In this document: piece after piece, positions 27,568-36,433 of the stretch
Numbering within the stretch: position 1 is the first letter of the stretch
Layout of the letters: every line of letters starts with the position of its first letter
DNA from: Hormoscilla sp.
GTDB lineage: Bacteria > Cyanobacteriota > Cyanobacteriia > Cyanobacteriales > Desertifilaceae
Reading direction: 5' to 3'
Assembly (NCBI GenBank): GCA_051439505.1
Contig: JBFRWI010000009.1
Span: 25,813 to 89,812 of the forward strand
Length of the DNA stretch: 64,000 bases
Made by a program: the position numbers and the translations under genes
The notes under the pieces: generated by a model
Told to the model about the DNA's origin: nothing
The model's database searches: none
The model's input: the letters and a program-made list of their open reading frames with translations, nothing else

Positions 27568-29697
27568 ATGGACCCTTTAATAGCGGCGACTGTGGCATTA
27601 GGTACGATAGTTGGTACCAAGGTTTTGGAAAAAACAGGCGAAAAAGTCGGTGAAGCGGTTTGGGATAAAGGTGCGCAATTTTTGGATTCTCTCAAGCTAG
27701 AGTCTCCCGATACGGTGATGGCGATCGAACAAGCGCCGGAACAACCGTTAGATTACGGGGAAGCCGTTTTGGAGTTATACTCTGCAGCTAAAGCGAATTC
27801 CGAAATTGCCCGCAGGATGGAGGAGTTGGCAGCGGCAGGAAAGGCTAATCATCATCCCAAGTTTGCTGAGGTGATCGAAAAAATTGAAGCAGCGTTACAG
27901 TCTCAACAGTCGCAAGTGAAAACAGAAAAAGATCGTATTAAAGAGACAGGAGAATTTAAGGCAGAAAAAGGCGGGTTTGCGGGCATCGGCAAGATGGGAA
28001 GTATAAAGCAAAGGCAGGCGGCAGAGAGTTTAGGGGAAATAGGTGAAGGCAAGGAGATGGAGATCGCAGCTTTAGTCAAGTTAATCCGTACTTCTGAGTC
28101 TGAATCTACTATTGAGGAGGCGGTAAGGAATTTAGGGAAAATAGGAAAAGGTAGCGATACGGAGATCGCTGCTTTGCTTGAGTTAATCAACAATCCTCAG
28201 TTTCTGGATACTCAGAGTAAGGGGCGTCCTTTTGTATGTATGAGGCGTAGTCGTAGCAGGTGGGTGGCAAGAAGTTTAAAGGCAATAAGTCAAGGCAACG
28301 AAAAGGCTGCGATCGCTGCTTTAGTTGAGTTAATCAGCAATACTCAGTCTGAGGAGATTTGTACGTGGGTGGCAAGGATTTTGGGGGAAATAGGTGAAGG
28401 CAACGAGACGGCGATCGCAGCTTTGGTTGAGCTAATCGGCACTTCTGAGTCTGAGAGGATTCTTCAGCAGGCGGCAAGTAGTTTAGGGCGAATAGGTAAC
28501 GGAAAGGAGACGGCGATCGCTGCTTTAGTTGAGTTAATCAGCAATACTCAGTCTGAGGAGATTTGTACGTGGGTGGCAAGGATTTTGGGGGAAATAGGTG
28601 AAGGCAACGAGACGGGGATCGCAGCTTTGGTTGAGCTAATCGGCACTTCTGAGTCTGAAGATATTCGTAAACAGGCGGCAAGTAGTTTAGGGCGAATAGG
28701 TAAAGGCAAGGAGACCGCGATCGCAGCTTTGGTTGAGCTAATCGGCACTTCTGAGTCTGAGGAGATTCTACAGCAGGCGGTAAGTAGTTTAGGGAAAATA
28801 GGTGAAGGCAAGGAGACCGCGATCGCAGCTTTGGTTGAGCTAATCGGCACTTCTGAGTCTGAAGATATTCGTAAACAGGCGACAGAGAGTTTGGATAAAA
28901 TAGGAAAAGGCAACGAGACCGCGATCGCTGGTTTAGTTGAGTTAATCAGCACTTCTGAGTCTGAGGAGATTCTTCAGCAGGCGGTAAGTAGTTTAGGGGA
29001 AATAGGAAAAGGCAGCGAGACGGCGATCGCTGCTTTAGTTGACTTAATCGGCAAGACTCAGTCTGAGGAGATTCTGCAGCAGGCGGTAAGTAGTTTAGGG
29101 GAAATAGGTGAAGGCAACGAGACGGCGATCGCTGCTTTAGTTGACTTAATCGGCAATACTCAGTCTGAGGCGACTCTTCGACGGGTGGCATGGAGTTTAT
29201 GGCAAATAGATAAAAGCAATGAAACTGCTGTCACTGCTTTGGTTCAGTTAATCGCCATTTCTCAGTTAGATGATAATCTTCAGTGGGCGGCAGATAGTTT
29301 AGAAAAAATAGACCCAGGCAATGAAATGGCGATCGTTGCTTTAGTTGACTTAATCAATAATTATCAATCTCGGTATAAGCGTAGGCAGGCAGTAATACGC
29401 TTAGGGGAAATAGGTAAAGATAATGAGACGGCGATCGCTGCTTTAGTTGATTTAATCGGCAATGCTCAGTCTGAGGATGATGAGGATACTCTTCTGTCGG
29501 CGGCAGATAGTTTAGGGAAAATAGACCCAGGCAACGAAACGGCGATCGCTGGTTTAGTTTATTTAACCGGCAATCGTCAATCTCAGTTTACTCGTCGGGA
29601 GGCGGCAGCGAGTTTAGCGAAAATCGACCCCGGCAACCCGGCAACCAAAGCAGCGATCGCTGCTTTGGTTGATTTAAATCGGCAATTCTCGGTTTGA
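27568..29697 (+). CDS. HEAT (PBS lyase-like) repeat protein, C-terminally frameshifted
   Basis: About 16 repeats of 34 aa (LGEIGxGNETAIAALVELI) after a helical N-terminal domain. Confidence 0.8.
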   Translation: MDPLIAATVALGTIVGTKVLEKTGEKVGEAVWDKGAQFLDSLKLESPDTVMAIEQAPEQPLDYGEAVLELYSAAKANSEIARRMEELAAAGKANHHPKFAEVIEKIEAALQSQQSQVKTEKDRIKETGEFKAEKGGFAGIGKMGSIKQRQAAESLGEIGEGKEMEIAALVKLIRTSESESTIEEAVRNLGKIGKGSDTEIAALLELINNPQFLDTQSKGRPFVCMRRSRSRWVARSLKAISQGNEKAAIAALVELISNTQSEEICTWVARILGEIGEGNETAIAALVELIGTSESERILQQAASSLGRIGNGKETAIAALVELISNTQSEEICTWVARILGEIGEGNETGIAALVELIGTSESEDIRKQAASSLGRIGKGKETAIAALVELIGTSESEEILQQAVSSLGKIGEGKETAIAALVELIGTSESEDIRKQATESLDKIGKGNETAIAGLVELISTSESEEILQQAVSSLGEIGKGSETAIAALVDLIGKTQSEEILQQAVSSLGEIGEGNETAIAALVDLIGNTQSEATLRRVAWSLWQIDKSNETAVTALVQLIAISQLDDNLQWAADSLEKIDPGNEMAIVALVDLINNYQSRYKRRQAVIRLGEIGKDNETAIAALVDLIGNAQSEDDEDTLLSAADSLGKIDPGNETAIAGLVYLTGNRQSQFTRREAAASLAKIDPGNPATKAAIAALVDLNRQFSV
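28300..29200 (+). repeat. 102-bp intragenic tandem repeats with near-identical 204-bp duplications
   Basis: Sequence from about 28309 recurs almost identically at about 28513; most units carry a HIP1 octamer encoding A-I-A. Confidence 0.85.
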
Positions 29698-29900
29698 GGA
29701 TATTCGTGGGCAGGCGGCAAAGAGTTTAGAGGAAATTGAGACAGATGTGAAATAATCCCAAATGCCAGAAGTAGTCAGCGCCTTAAAAAATTACTTCTCA
29801 GATGAAACTTACAAAAACAATCGCCGCCTATTCAATGAATGCTACAAAATAATCTGGAACTACGCCCAAACCCTACCCCACCCAATCTTCCATAGTCAAC
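29678..29900 (+). pseudogene. disrupted C-terminal tail of the HEAT protein
   Basis: Extra A in gatttaaatcggc; shifted frame reads IGNSRFEDIRGQAAKSLEEI, TAA at 29753, then in frame MPEVVSALKNY..CYKIIWNYAQTLPHP. Confidence 0.7.
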
Positions 29901-30230
29901 AACGCCCCCCAACTGCGCAAACACCTCCGCCCGATCGCGCAACAACAGGGGCGATCGCGCTTAGTAATCCTCATGCACAACTGCGAACCCCAACCGGAAA
30001 TCCAGCAATTCTGCCGCAAGATCGCGAACATCGCCCACATCGCCTGGATAACCGAAACCCCCCACCGAACCACCCTTGAGAGGATTTGCCCCCAGTCAGG
30101 AAGATTTAGCCGGCGCGATCGCATCTTGGTTGCAAGAATTAGGCATCGATGGGTGAGGGGCGATCGCTTAATCACTGACAACCATCAACTGACCACTGAC
30201 AACTAACCATTGACAACTAACTACTGACAA

Positions 30231-30602
30231 ATGACAACATTTCCACCCCGTTCGATAACTAACGAAGCGGAATTAATCGCCACCCAAAATCGGATTAATT
30301 CTATTTTGGATAAAGGACCGCTAACCAGAGACGATCGCGACTATCTCCATCTCCTAGGAATGTTAGTTTATGAATATGAAGAAAAACACGAACCAATGCC
30401 TCCTGCTATTTGTGGTGTAGAACTTCTCAAAGCTTTGTTAGAAGAATTCCAACTTCAACCTCAAGATTTAGTTCCAATTTTCCACGACGAATCTACGGTT
30501 TTGGAAGTTTTGAATGGTCAGCGCCAACTCCCTGCCAATCTTATCCAAGAGTTGGCAGATTTTTTCCATATTTCTCCATCGCTATTGGCGCCAGAGAGTT
30601 GA
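30231..30602 (+). CDS. HigA-like HTH antitoxin (orphan)
   Basis: PRSITNEAEL, LGMLVYEYEEKH, VLEVLNGQRQL..LADFFHISP; no higB seen. Confidence 0.8.
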   Translation: MTTFPPRSITNEAELIATQNRINSILDKGPLTRDDRDYLHLLGMLVYEYEEKHEPMPPAICGVELLKALLEEFQLQPQDLVPIFHDESTVLEVLNGQRQLPANLIQELADFFHISPSLLAPES

Positions 30603-30620
30603 GATCAAAACAAAACCAGA

Positions 30621-30823
30621 CAAGAAACCGGGTTTCTCCGACAATTTTGGCGAAGAAACCAGATTGCTAAAAGAAACCCGGTTTCTGGCCACCCGCGATC
30701 GCCGACTACATGCGATCGCCTCCCTCACGCCACCAGACAAGAAACCGGGTTTCTGCGATATTTTTTGTTACTCGCGCCCGAGTTTGTAAAAGAAACCCGG
30801 TTTCTCGCCCCCGCCCGATCGCC
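30621..30823 (+). repeat. two REP doublets (AGAAACCGGGTTTCT..AGAAACCCGGTTTCT)
   Basis: Copies starting near 30622 and 30739, each followed by a HIP1-like site. Confidence 0.8.
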
Positions 30824-30900
30824 GAATCTCTCCTATCCATCGGGGGCACGGCAGGAGATAATTCTTTCGTTGTGCCCACCAATTGATTGATGCCGTACCG

Positions 30901-31383
30901 CTACTGATGTCTATGGTCCTCTCGTACTTGATGGAAGGTGACAACGACGCTATGCTCTACTCGATCGCAGTTTACCTCAAAGCTGCGCTGGGGATACAGT
31001 ACTTTCAGACGACTTTGCCACATTTGGGCGATCGCCTTTCCCAGATAAAGGATATTTTCCATACCTACGGCCTGGGATCCTGGGAGAATATCATCTACGT
31101 GCTGATGGTTGATTACCCGCTCAATTGAGGTCATGTCGTTTCCTAGCTTAGCTTTCCACTGCTCGTAGATCTGGAGATCGAACGCTTCTGATAAAAATAT
31201 ACCACCTTCATGCTCGATCGTATCGGGCCAGAATAGTTTACTAAAAGCTATAGCAAGTTCGACGCTACCGACTCCAAACAGATAATCCCATAGGGAAAAG
31301 TCATCATTATTAACTTTTTTCCACTGCTGGAAGTCCGGAAGCTTGTCTGCGTGCAAATTTGTTCTCTGTTTTACTGTTATCAT
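30901..31383 (-). CDS. hypothetical protein, candidate immunity protein
   Basis: Starts 2 bp after the toxin-domain gene; LFWP..IEHEGGIFL..IERVINHQH. Confidence 0.6.
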   Translation of the reverse strand: MITVKQRTNLHADKLPDFQQWKKVNNDDFSLWDYLFGVGSVELAIAFSKLFWPDTIEHEGGIFLSEAFDLQIYEQWKAKLGNDMTSIERVINHQHVDDILPGSQAVGMENILYLGKAIAQMWQSRLKVLYPQRSFEVNCDRVEHSVVVTFHQVREDHRHQ

Positions 31384-31385
31384 TT

Positions 31386-31709
31386 CTAAAGAATCTCATC
31401 TACTCTTGCAGGTCTAACTATTTTCTCAGCTTGAACGAAGATGTTTCCCGCTGGGTTCTGGTTATGTTTGTATTCCACCACGTGAGGTGTCGGCACACCT
31501 GCATGTTCTTTTCCTGTTAAGTCTACTCGCTTGATCGCCCGTCCGTTTTCATCATAGACAATGTAGCTAGTTATATTGCTGCCATCCATACGATAACGTA
31601 CTGAGTTCGCACTTGCACCGTCAAGGGGGAAATAACCGCTAACTTGCGTGCCGTTGCCTATCAGGGTGCTAGCATTTATCCCAACTGTCCAGTCAACTGG
31701 TTTAGACAC
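31386..31709 (-). CDS. polymorphic toxin type 24 (Ntox24)-like domain protein
   Basis: YR..ITSYIVYDENG..IKRVDLTGKEHAGVPTPHVVEY; GTG start after GGAG. Confidence 0.7.
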   Translation of the reverse strand: MSKPVDWTVGINASTLIGNGTQVSGYFPLDGASANSVRYRMDGSNITSYIVYDENGRAIKRVDLTGKEHAGVPTPHVVEYKHNQNPAGNIFVQAEKIVRPARVDEIL

Positions 31710-31772
31710 ACCTATAGCTCCCTTTCACCAGATATCTTGTTGATATCTGCTTCTCCAAATATACAATAGACC

Positions 31773-31860
31773 TAGAAACCTGGTTTCTGCGATTAATTTT
31801 GCGTCATTCGCCAGATATGGTAACAGAAACCCGGTTTCTCGCCCGACCGCCCGATCGCCC
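31773..31860 (+). repeat. REP doublet, same family as 30621-30823
   Basis: agaaacctggtttctgcgat..agaaacccggtttctcgccc..gcccgatcgcc. Confidence 0.8.
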
Positions 31861-31871
31861 CCCGTCCGCCA

Positions 31872-33704
31872 TCAATCATTAACCATAACCGGAAAGTGAT
31901 ACAAAGGCACAGTGAAAGTGATAGTAGAACCCAAACCTTCTCCCATGCTGAAAAAATTTATCTCCCCTCCCATGGCTTCTATCAACCTTTGAGAGATCGC
32001 CAGTCCCAAACCCGTCCCACCATAGGTTCGGGTCCGTCCCCCATCTACTTGATAAAAGTTTTGAAACAGTTGCTGTTGTTTTTCCAGAGACACCCCGATG
32101 CCCGTATCTGCCACCCGGACTTTTACCATCCCAGGACACTCTTCCTTTCCCACACACACTGGTCTGCTGAGAATTTCCGTACTAATATTTATGCCCCCTT
32201 CCTTAGTAAATTTTATGGCGTTGCTCGCTAAATTTAGAATTACCTGCAATATGCGTTTATAGTCGCCATACATGATAATTTTATCGAGAGTTCGTGGCTT
32301 TTCAATCGTTAAATATAACTTTTTATGCTCCGCTGAAATTTTCATTTTTTTCTCCACATCCCTCAACAGATCGTCCAGTACCACAGGAGACAGGTCTATT
32401 TCCATTTTGCCTGCTTCAATTTTCGCAATATCCAAGACATCATTGATCAGATCCAACAGGTGCAGGGCCGAACGATAGGCTTCATCAATAAATTCTGCCT
32501 CTTCTTTAGGATCGTCTGCCATCCCATCCTGAATTAGCTTCAGAAACCCAATTATGCCGTTCAAGGGAGTGCGCAGTTCGTGGGAGGTACTGGCGATAAA
32601 ATTGCTTTTCAGACGGCAAGCTTCTTCTGCTTGCTCGTTTGCTAGTTCCAGTTCTCGATTTTTTTCCAGCATCTCTGCATTCACCCTTTGCAACTCCGAT
32701 GCTAGGGCTTGGCTTTCCGCAAATAAATTCGCATGGGCGATCGCCGTCCCCACTTGAGAAGCCAGTTCCCGCACAAACTCAATTTCCTCTGTCGTCCAGA
32801 GGCGAGAGTTTTGCTGGTGCCAATTATCTTTCCTCTTCCCTTGGTAGAGAATAATCAGACCATTGGGTTGGTCTTGATAGCAGGTAGCCGCCACTAGCAT
32901 TGACTGCCCATTTTCCCCCGATCGCGCCACTATTGCCACCGGTTCCAAGGTGAGCAATGCCTGACTCAACCCTTGCTCTTGAGCTAACAGCAGTTGGCTA
33001 CCGACTAGAGAACTTACCCCTGTCTGACTATACTCAGCCAGTACCTGCATTTCGTCTTTCGAGCCACTTTTGTAGTTACAGATCGCACAGCGATCCAGAC
33101 CTAGCGCCGTTCCCAGACCTATCACTGCTTGCTGCCAAATTGTCTCCAGATCCAGGGTGCGACGAATCTTGCGCGTGATTTCCTTCAGCAGTTTGGGGTA
33201 TCGATCGGAACTGGAAAAAGTCACAGCTTGATGGGATCCTGCTTCGGGCCACCCAAATGCCTGAGAGTCTGTCGAACTCGAAAGCAGACGTCCCATGACT
33301 AAGACAGTAGTTGCCGTGGCCTGACTTGTCAGAATTGGACTCACGACCAAATCAAACAGCAGGTATTGTTCCTCGTAGCGAAACGGATAGCAAAACCTTA
33401 CTGGTCTCTGGTCCTCTAGCACCTGCTGGCACCGGTTCAAGTATAATTCTGGGGCCACCGGGCTCAAAGTTTCACTCATCTGATGGTCAACTATTTCCGA
33501 TGGCCTAAGACCATAGCATTCAGCTTGGGACCAGTAAAAGGACAGGTACTCACCCAACTCATTTTGGATAAATACTAACTCCGATCCTATAGCTGACAAA
33601 CTTTGGTCTTGGCTAATGGCTGACGGCTGCTTTGCGCGCCCTTTCCCATTAGCAGGTCTAAAATTGGTCAATGCGGTCAGGGGTAAATCTGTAGATGCAC
33701 TCAT
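31872..33704 (-). CDS. PAS-like/GAF sensor histidine kinase
   Basis: GAF (IRRTLDL..LASQVGTAIAHA), H-box SHELRTPLNG, N-box NLASNAIKFT, DTGIG, GGTGLGL. Confidence 0.92.
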   Translation of the reverse strand: MSASTDLPLTALTNFRPANGKGRAKQPSAISQDQSLSAIGSELVFIQNELGEYLSFYWSQAECYGLRPSEIVDHQMSETLSPVAPELYLNRCQQVLEDQRPVRFCYPFRYEEQYLLFDLVVSPILTSQATATTVLVMGRLLSSSTDSQAFGWPEAGSHQAVTFSSSDRYPKLLKEITRKIRRTLDLETIWQQAVIGLGTALGLDRCAICNYKSGSKDEMQVLAEYSQTGVSSLVGSQLLLAQEQGLSQALLTLEPVAIVARSGENGQSMLVAATCYQDQPNGLIILYQGKRKDNWHQQNSRLWTTEEIEFVRELASQVGTAIAHANLFAESQALASELQRVNAEMLEKNRELELANEQAEEACRLKSNFIASTSHELRTPLNGIIGFLKLIQDGMADDPKEEAEFIDEAYRSALHLLDLINDVLDIAKIEAGKMEIDLSPVVLDDLLRDVEKKMKISAEHKKLYLTIEKPRTLDKIIMYGDYKRILQVILNLASNAIKFTKEGGINISTEILSRPVCVGKEECPGMVKVRVADTGIGVSLEKQQQLFQNFYQVDGGRTRTYGGTGLGLAISQRLIEAMGGEINFFSMGEGLGSTITFTVPLYHFPVMVND

Positions 33705-34145
33705 TACTCTGCCTTCCTGTCAACTGCTCAAACGATTGCCTGGTTTACTGATGGATGATGATTAATTTATTTTACCCGAACGCCAACCTGACAAGCTTTA
33801 TATAACTACCTTTTATCCCACATATATTCCTTATTCTGGTAGTGAAAGTACAGGAATAGAAAATTATATAGATCGCATCAGTATTATATATTTTATTATA
33901 GCAGGTTCAATCTTTTTGTCAATCTCAACGACCAACAATCTTGGCGAGTCCATTAGCCCTCGTTACGCACGGGACGCCTGGGAACGAGTTGGCGAATTTT
34001 TGCCCTACTCGCTCAAATGGGCGATCGCCAAAACCTTGTCGGGCAATTGTTAGGGGTAATTGGAGGGTTTCGCCCCCCAGGTAATCAACATGCTTGGCAT
34101 ATAGTCACCGACTGAGGGCCATCAGTTTAGCTGTGAGCAGAATAA

Positions 34146-34400
34146 TCAATCATTCCATTCACCTCTAGGGGACACTGGGGGATTTTTGGGCAGGGTGCGA
34201 GTCAGATCGTCGTCTCGCTGAGCGTCGCCTCTAAGCCACTGGCGCACGGCCCGTTCCACGATTTTGCTGGGATCCTTGGTCAAATGCTTGACTTGCTCCC
34301 ATAACTCGGCATCCAGGTAGAGGGAAACTTTCACCTTATCAGCAGTGTACCCATCGGGGACGGCCTGTTCGCGTACCGTATCGATCGCAGTATCGTTCAT
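34146..34400 (-). CDS. small conserved hypothetical protein (RHH-like)
   Basis: KVKVSLYLDAELWEQVKHLT..VERAVRQWL. Confidence 0.65.
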   Translation of the reverse strand: MNDTAIDTVREQAVPDGYTADKVKVSLYLDAELWEQVKHLTKDPSKIVERAVRQWLRGDAQRDDDLTRTLPKNPPVSPRGEWND

Positions 34401-34589
34401 AATTTGTGAAGTTCGTTCTTCAGTGGTATTGTACCCATGCCAATTAAAAGATAATCTAGAGCTGAGATCCTTTCAACTGCTCCGGCCACGGAAAAGATTA
34501 CAATATATTAAACCCAAAGGACTGCAAATAAGCGCCGACTGTTGTCAGATCGCGCTGTTCGACCACCATCTTCTCTCCCTTGAATCTCT

Positions 34590-36404
34590 ATGACTGACGC
34601 TACTGTCGCTCAAATTCGCAATTTTTCCATTATCGCTCATATAGACCACGGCAAATCAACCCTAGCAGACCGGCTGCTGCAAGCCACGGGCACGGTGGCG
34701 GCCCGCCAGATGAAGGAACAGTTCCTCGACAATATGGACTTGGAACGGGAACGGGGCATTACCATTAAGCTGCAAGCGGCCCGGATGAATTACCAGGCCA
34801 AGGACGGTCAGCAGTACGTACTGAATCTGATTGACACCCCGGGCCACGTGGATTTTTCCTACGAAGTGTCCCGTTCCCTGGCAGCTTGCGAAGGGGCACT
34901 GCTGGTGGTAGATGCTTCCCAAGGGGTGGAGGCCCAAACCCTGGCTAATGTCTATTTGGCCCTGGAACACAATCTGGAAATTATCCCGGTTTTAAATAAA
35001 ATTGACCTGCCAGGGGCGAACCCAGAACGGGTCAAGGCGGAAATCGAAGAAATTATTGGCCTAGATTGTAGTGGGGCGATCGAGGCTTCGGCAAAAGAGG
35101 GTATTGGTATAGATGAGATACTGGAGTCCATCGTCCATCTGGTGCCAGCACCGGTAGACAAACTGTCAGAACCGCTCCGGGCTTTGATTTTCGATAGCTA
35201 TTATGACAGCTATCGGGGGGTGATCGTCTATTTTCGGGTGATGGATGGCACGGTGAAAAAGGGCGATCGCATCCGTCTGATGGCCACGGGGAAGGAATAT
35301 GAAATCGACGAACTGGGAGTGTTAGCCCCAACGCAGGTGCAGTTACAGGCACTGCATTGCGGGGAAGTGGGCTATCTGGCAGCATCGATCAAAGCGGTAG
35401 AAGATGCCCGGGTGGGAGATACCATCACCCTTAAGGCAGAACCGGCGGCAAGTCCTCTGCCAGGCTACACCGAAGCGAAGCCCATGGTGTTTTGCGGCAT
35501 GTTCCCCACAGATGCAGACCAATTTCCGGAGTTGCGGGAAGCCTTGGAAAAGCTGAAACTCAATGATGCGGCCCTGTCCTATGAACCGGAAACCTCCAGC
35601 GCCATGGGGTTTGGCTTCCGCTGCGGCTTTCTGGGACTGCTGCATATGGAAATTGTCCAGGAACGCCTAGAACGAGAGTACGATCTGGACTTGATTATCA
35701 CCGCGCCGTCAGTGGTGTATCGGGTGACACTCAACAATGGCGAGGTCATCAATATAGATAACCCCAGCACTCTGCCCGAACCAAACGATCGCCAAAAGAT
35801 TGAAGAACCTTACGTGCAGCTGGACATGATCGCCCCAGAAACCTATGTGGGGGCCTTGATGGAACTCTGTCAAGGTCGCCGGGGGGTGTTCCGGGACATG
35901 AAGTATCTGACTCAGGGGCGCACTACTCTGATCTACGAGTTGCCCTTGGCAGAGGTGGTGACGGACTTTTTCGACCAGATGAAGTCCAGAACGCGAGGTT
36001 ACGCCAGCATGGAATATCACATGCTGGGTTACCGAGAAAACCCCCTGGTCAGGTTGGACATCTTGATCAATAATGACCCGGTAGATGCTCTGGTGATGAT
36101 CGTACATAAGGACAAAGCCTATGGTGTCGGTCGCAGCTTGACGGAAAAGCTGAAGGAACTGATACCTCGCCATCAGTTTAAGGTGCCCATCCAAGCAGCG
36201 ATCGGGTCTCGGGTGATTGCTAGCGAACATATCCCGGCCTTGCGCAAGGATGTGCTGGCAAAATGCTATGGCGGCGACATCTCCAGAAAGAAAAAGTTGC
36301 TAGCTAAACAGGCGAAAGGGAAAAAGCGGATGAAATCCATCGGGACTGTAGATGTGCCCCAATCAGCTTTTATGGCGGTGCTGCGCCTGGAACAAGGACA
36401 ATAA
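34590..36404 (+). CDS. lepA: elongation factor 4
   Basis: [41 protein letters not shown]. Confidence 0.98.
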   Translation: MTDATVAQIRNFSIIAHIDHGKSTLADRLLQATGTVAARQMKEQFLDNMDLERERGITIKLQAARMNYQAKDGQQYVLNLIDTPGHVDFSYEVSRSLAACEGALLVVDASQGVEAQTLANVYLALEHNLEIIPVLNKIDLPGANPERVKAEIEEIIGLDCSGAIEASAKEGIGIDEILESIVHLVPAPVDKLSEPLRALIFDSYYDSYRGVIVYFRVMDGTVKKGDRIRLMATGKEYEIDELGVLAPTQVQLQALHCGEVGYLAASIKAVEDARVGDTITLKAEPAASPLPGYTEAKPMVFCGMFPTDADQFPELREALEKLKLNDAALSYEPETSSAMGFGFRCGFLGLLHMEIVQERLEREYDLDLIITAPSVVYRVTLNNGEVINIDNPSTLPEPNDRQKIEEPYVQLDMIAPETYVGALMELCQGRRGVFRDMKYLTQGRTTLIYELPLAEVVTDFFDQMKSRTRGYASMEYHMLGYRENPLVRLDILINNDPVDALVMIVHKDKAYGVGRSLTEKLKELIPRHQFKVPIQAAIGSRVIASEHIPALRKDVLAKCYGGDISRKKKLLAKQAKGKKRMKSIGTVDVPQSAFMAVLRLEQGQ

Positions 36405-36433
36405 TCAAAAATGGCAGTAAAGGGAGTACGTAG

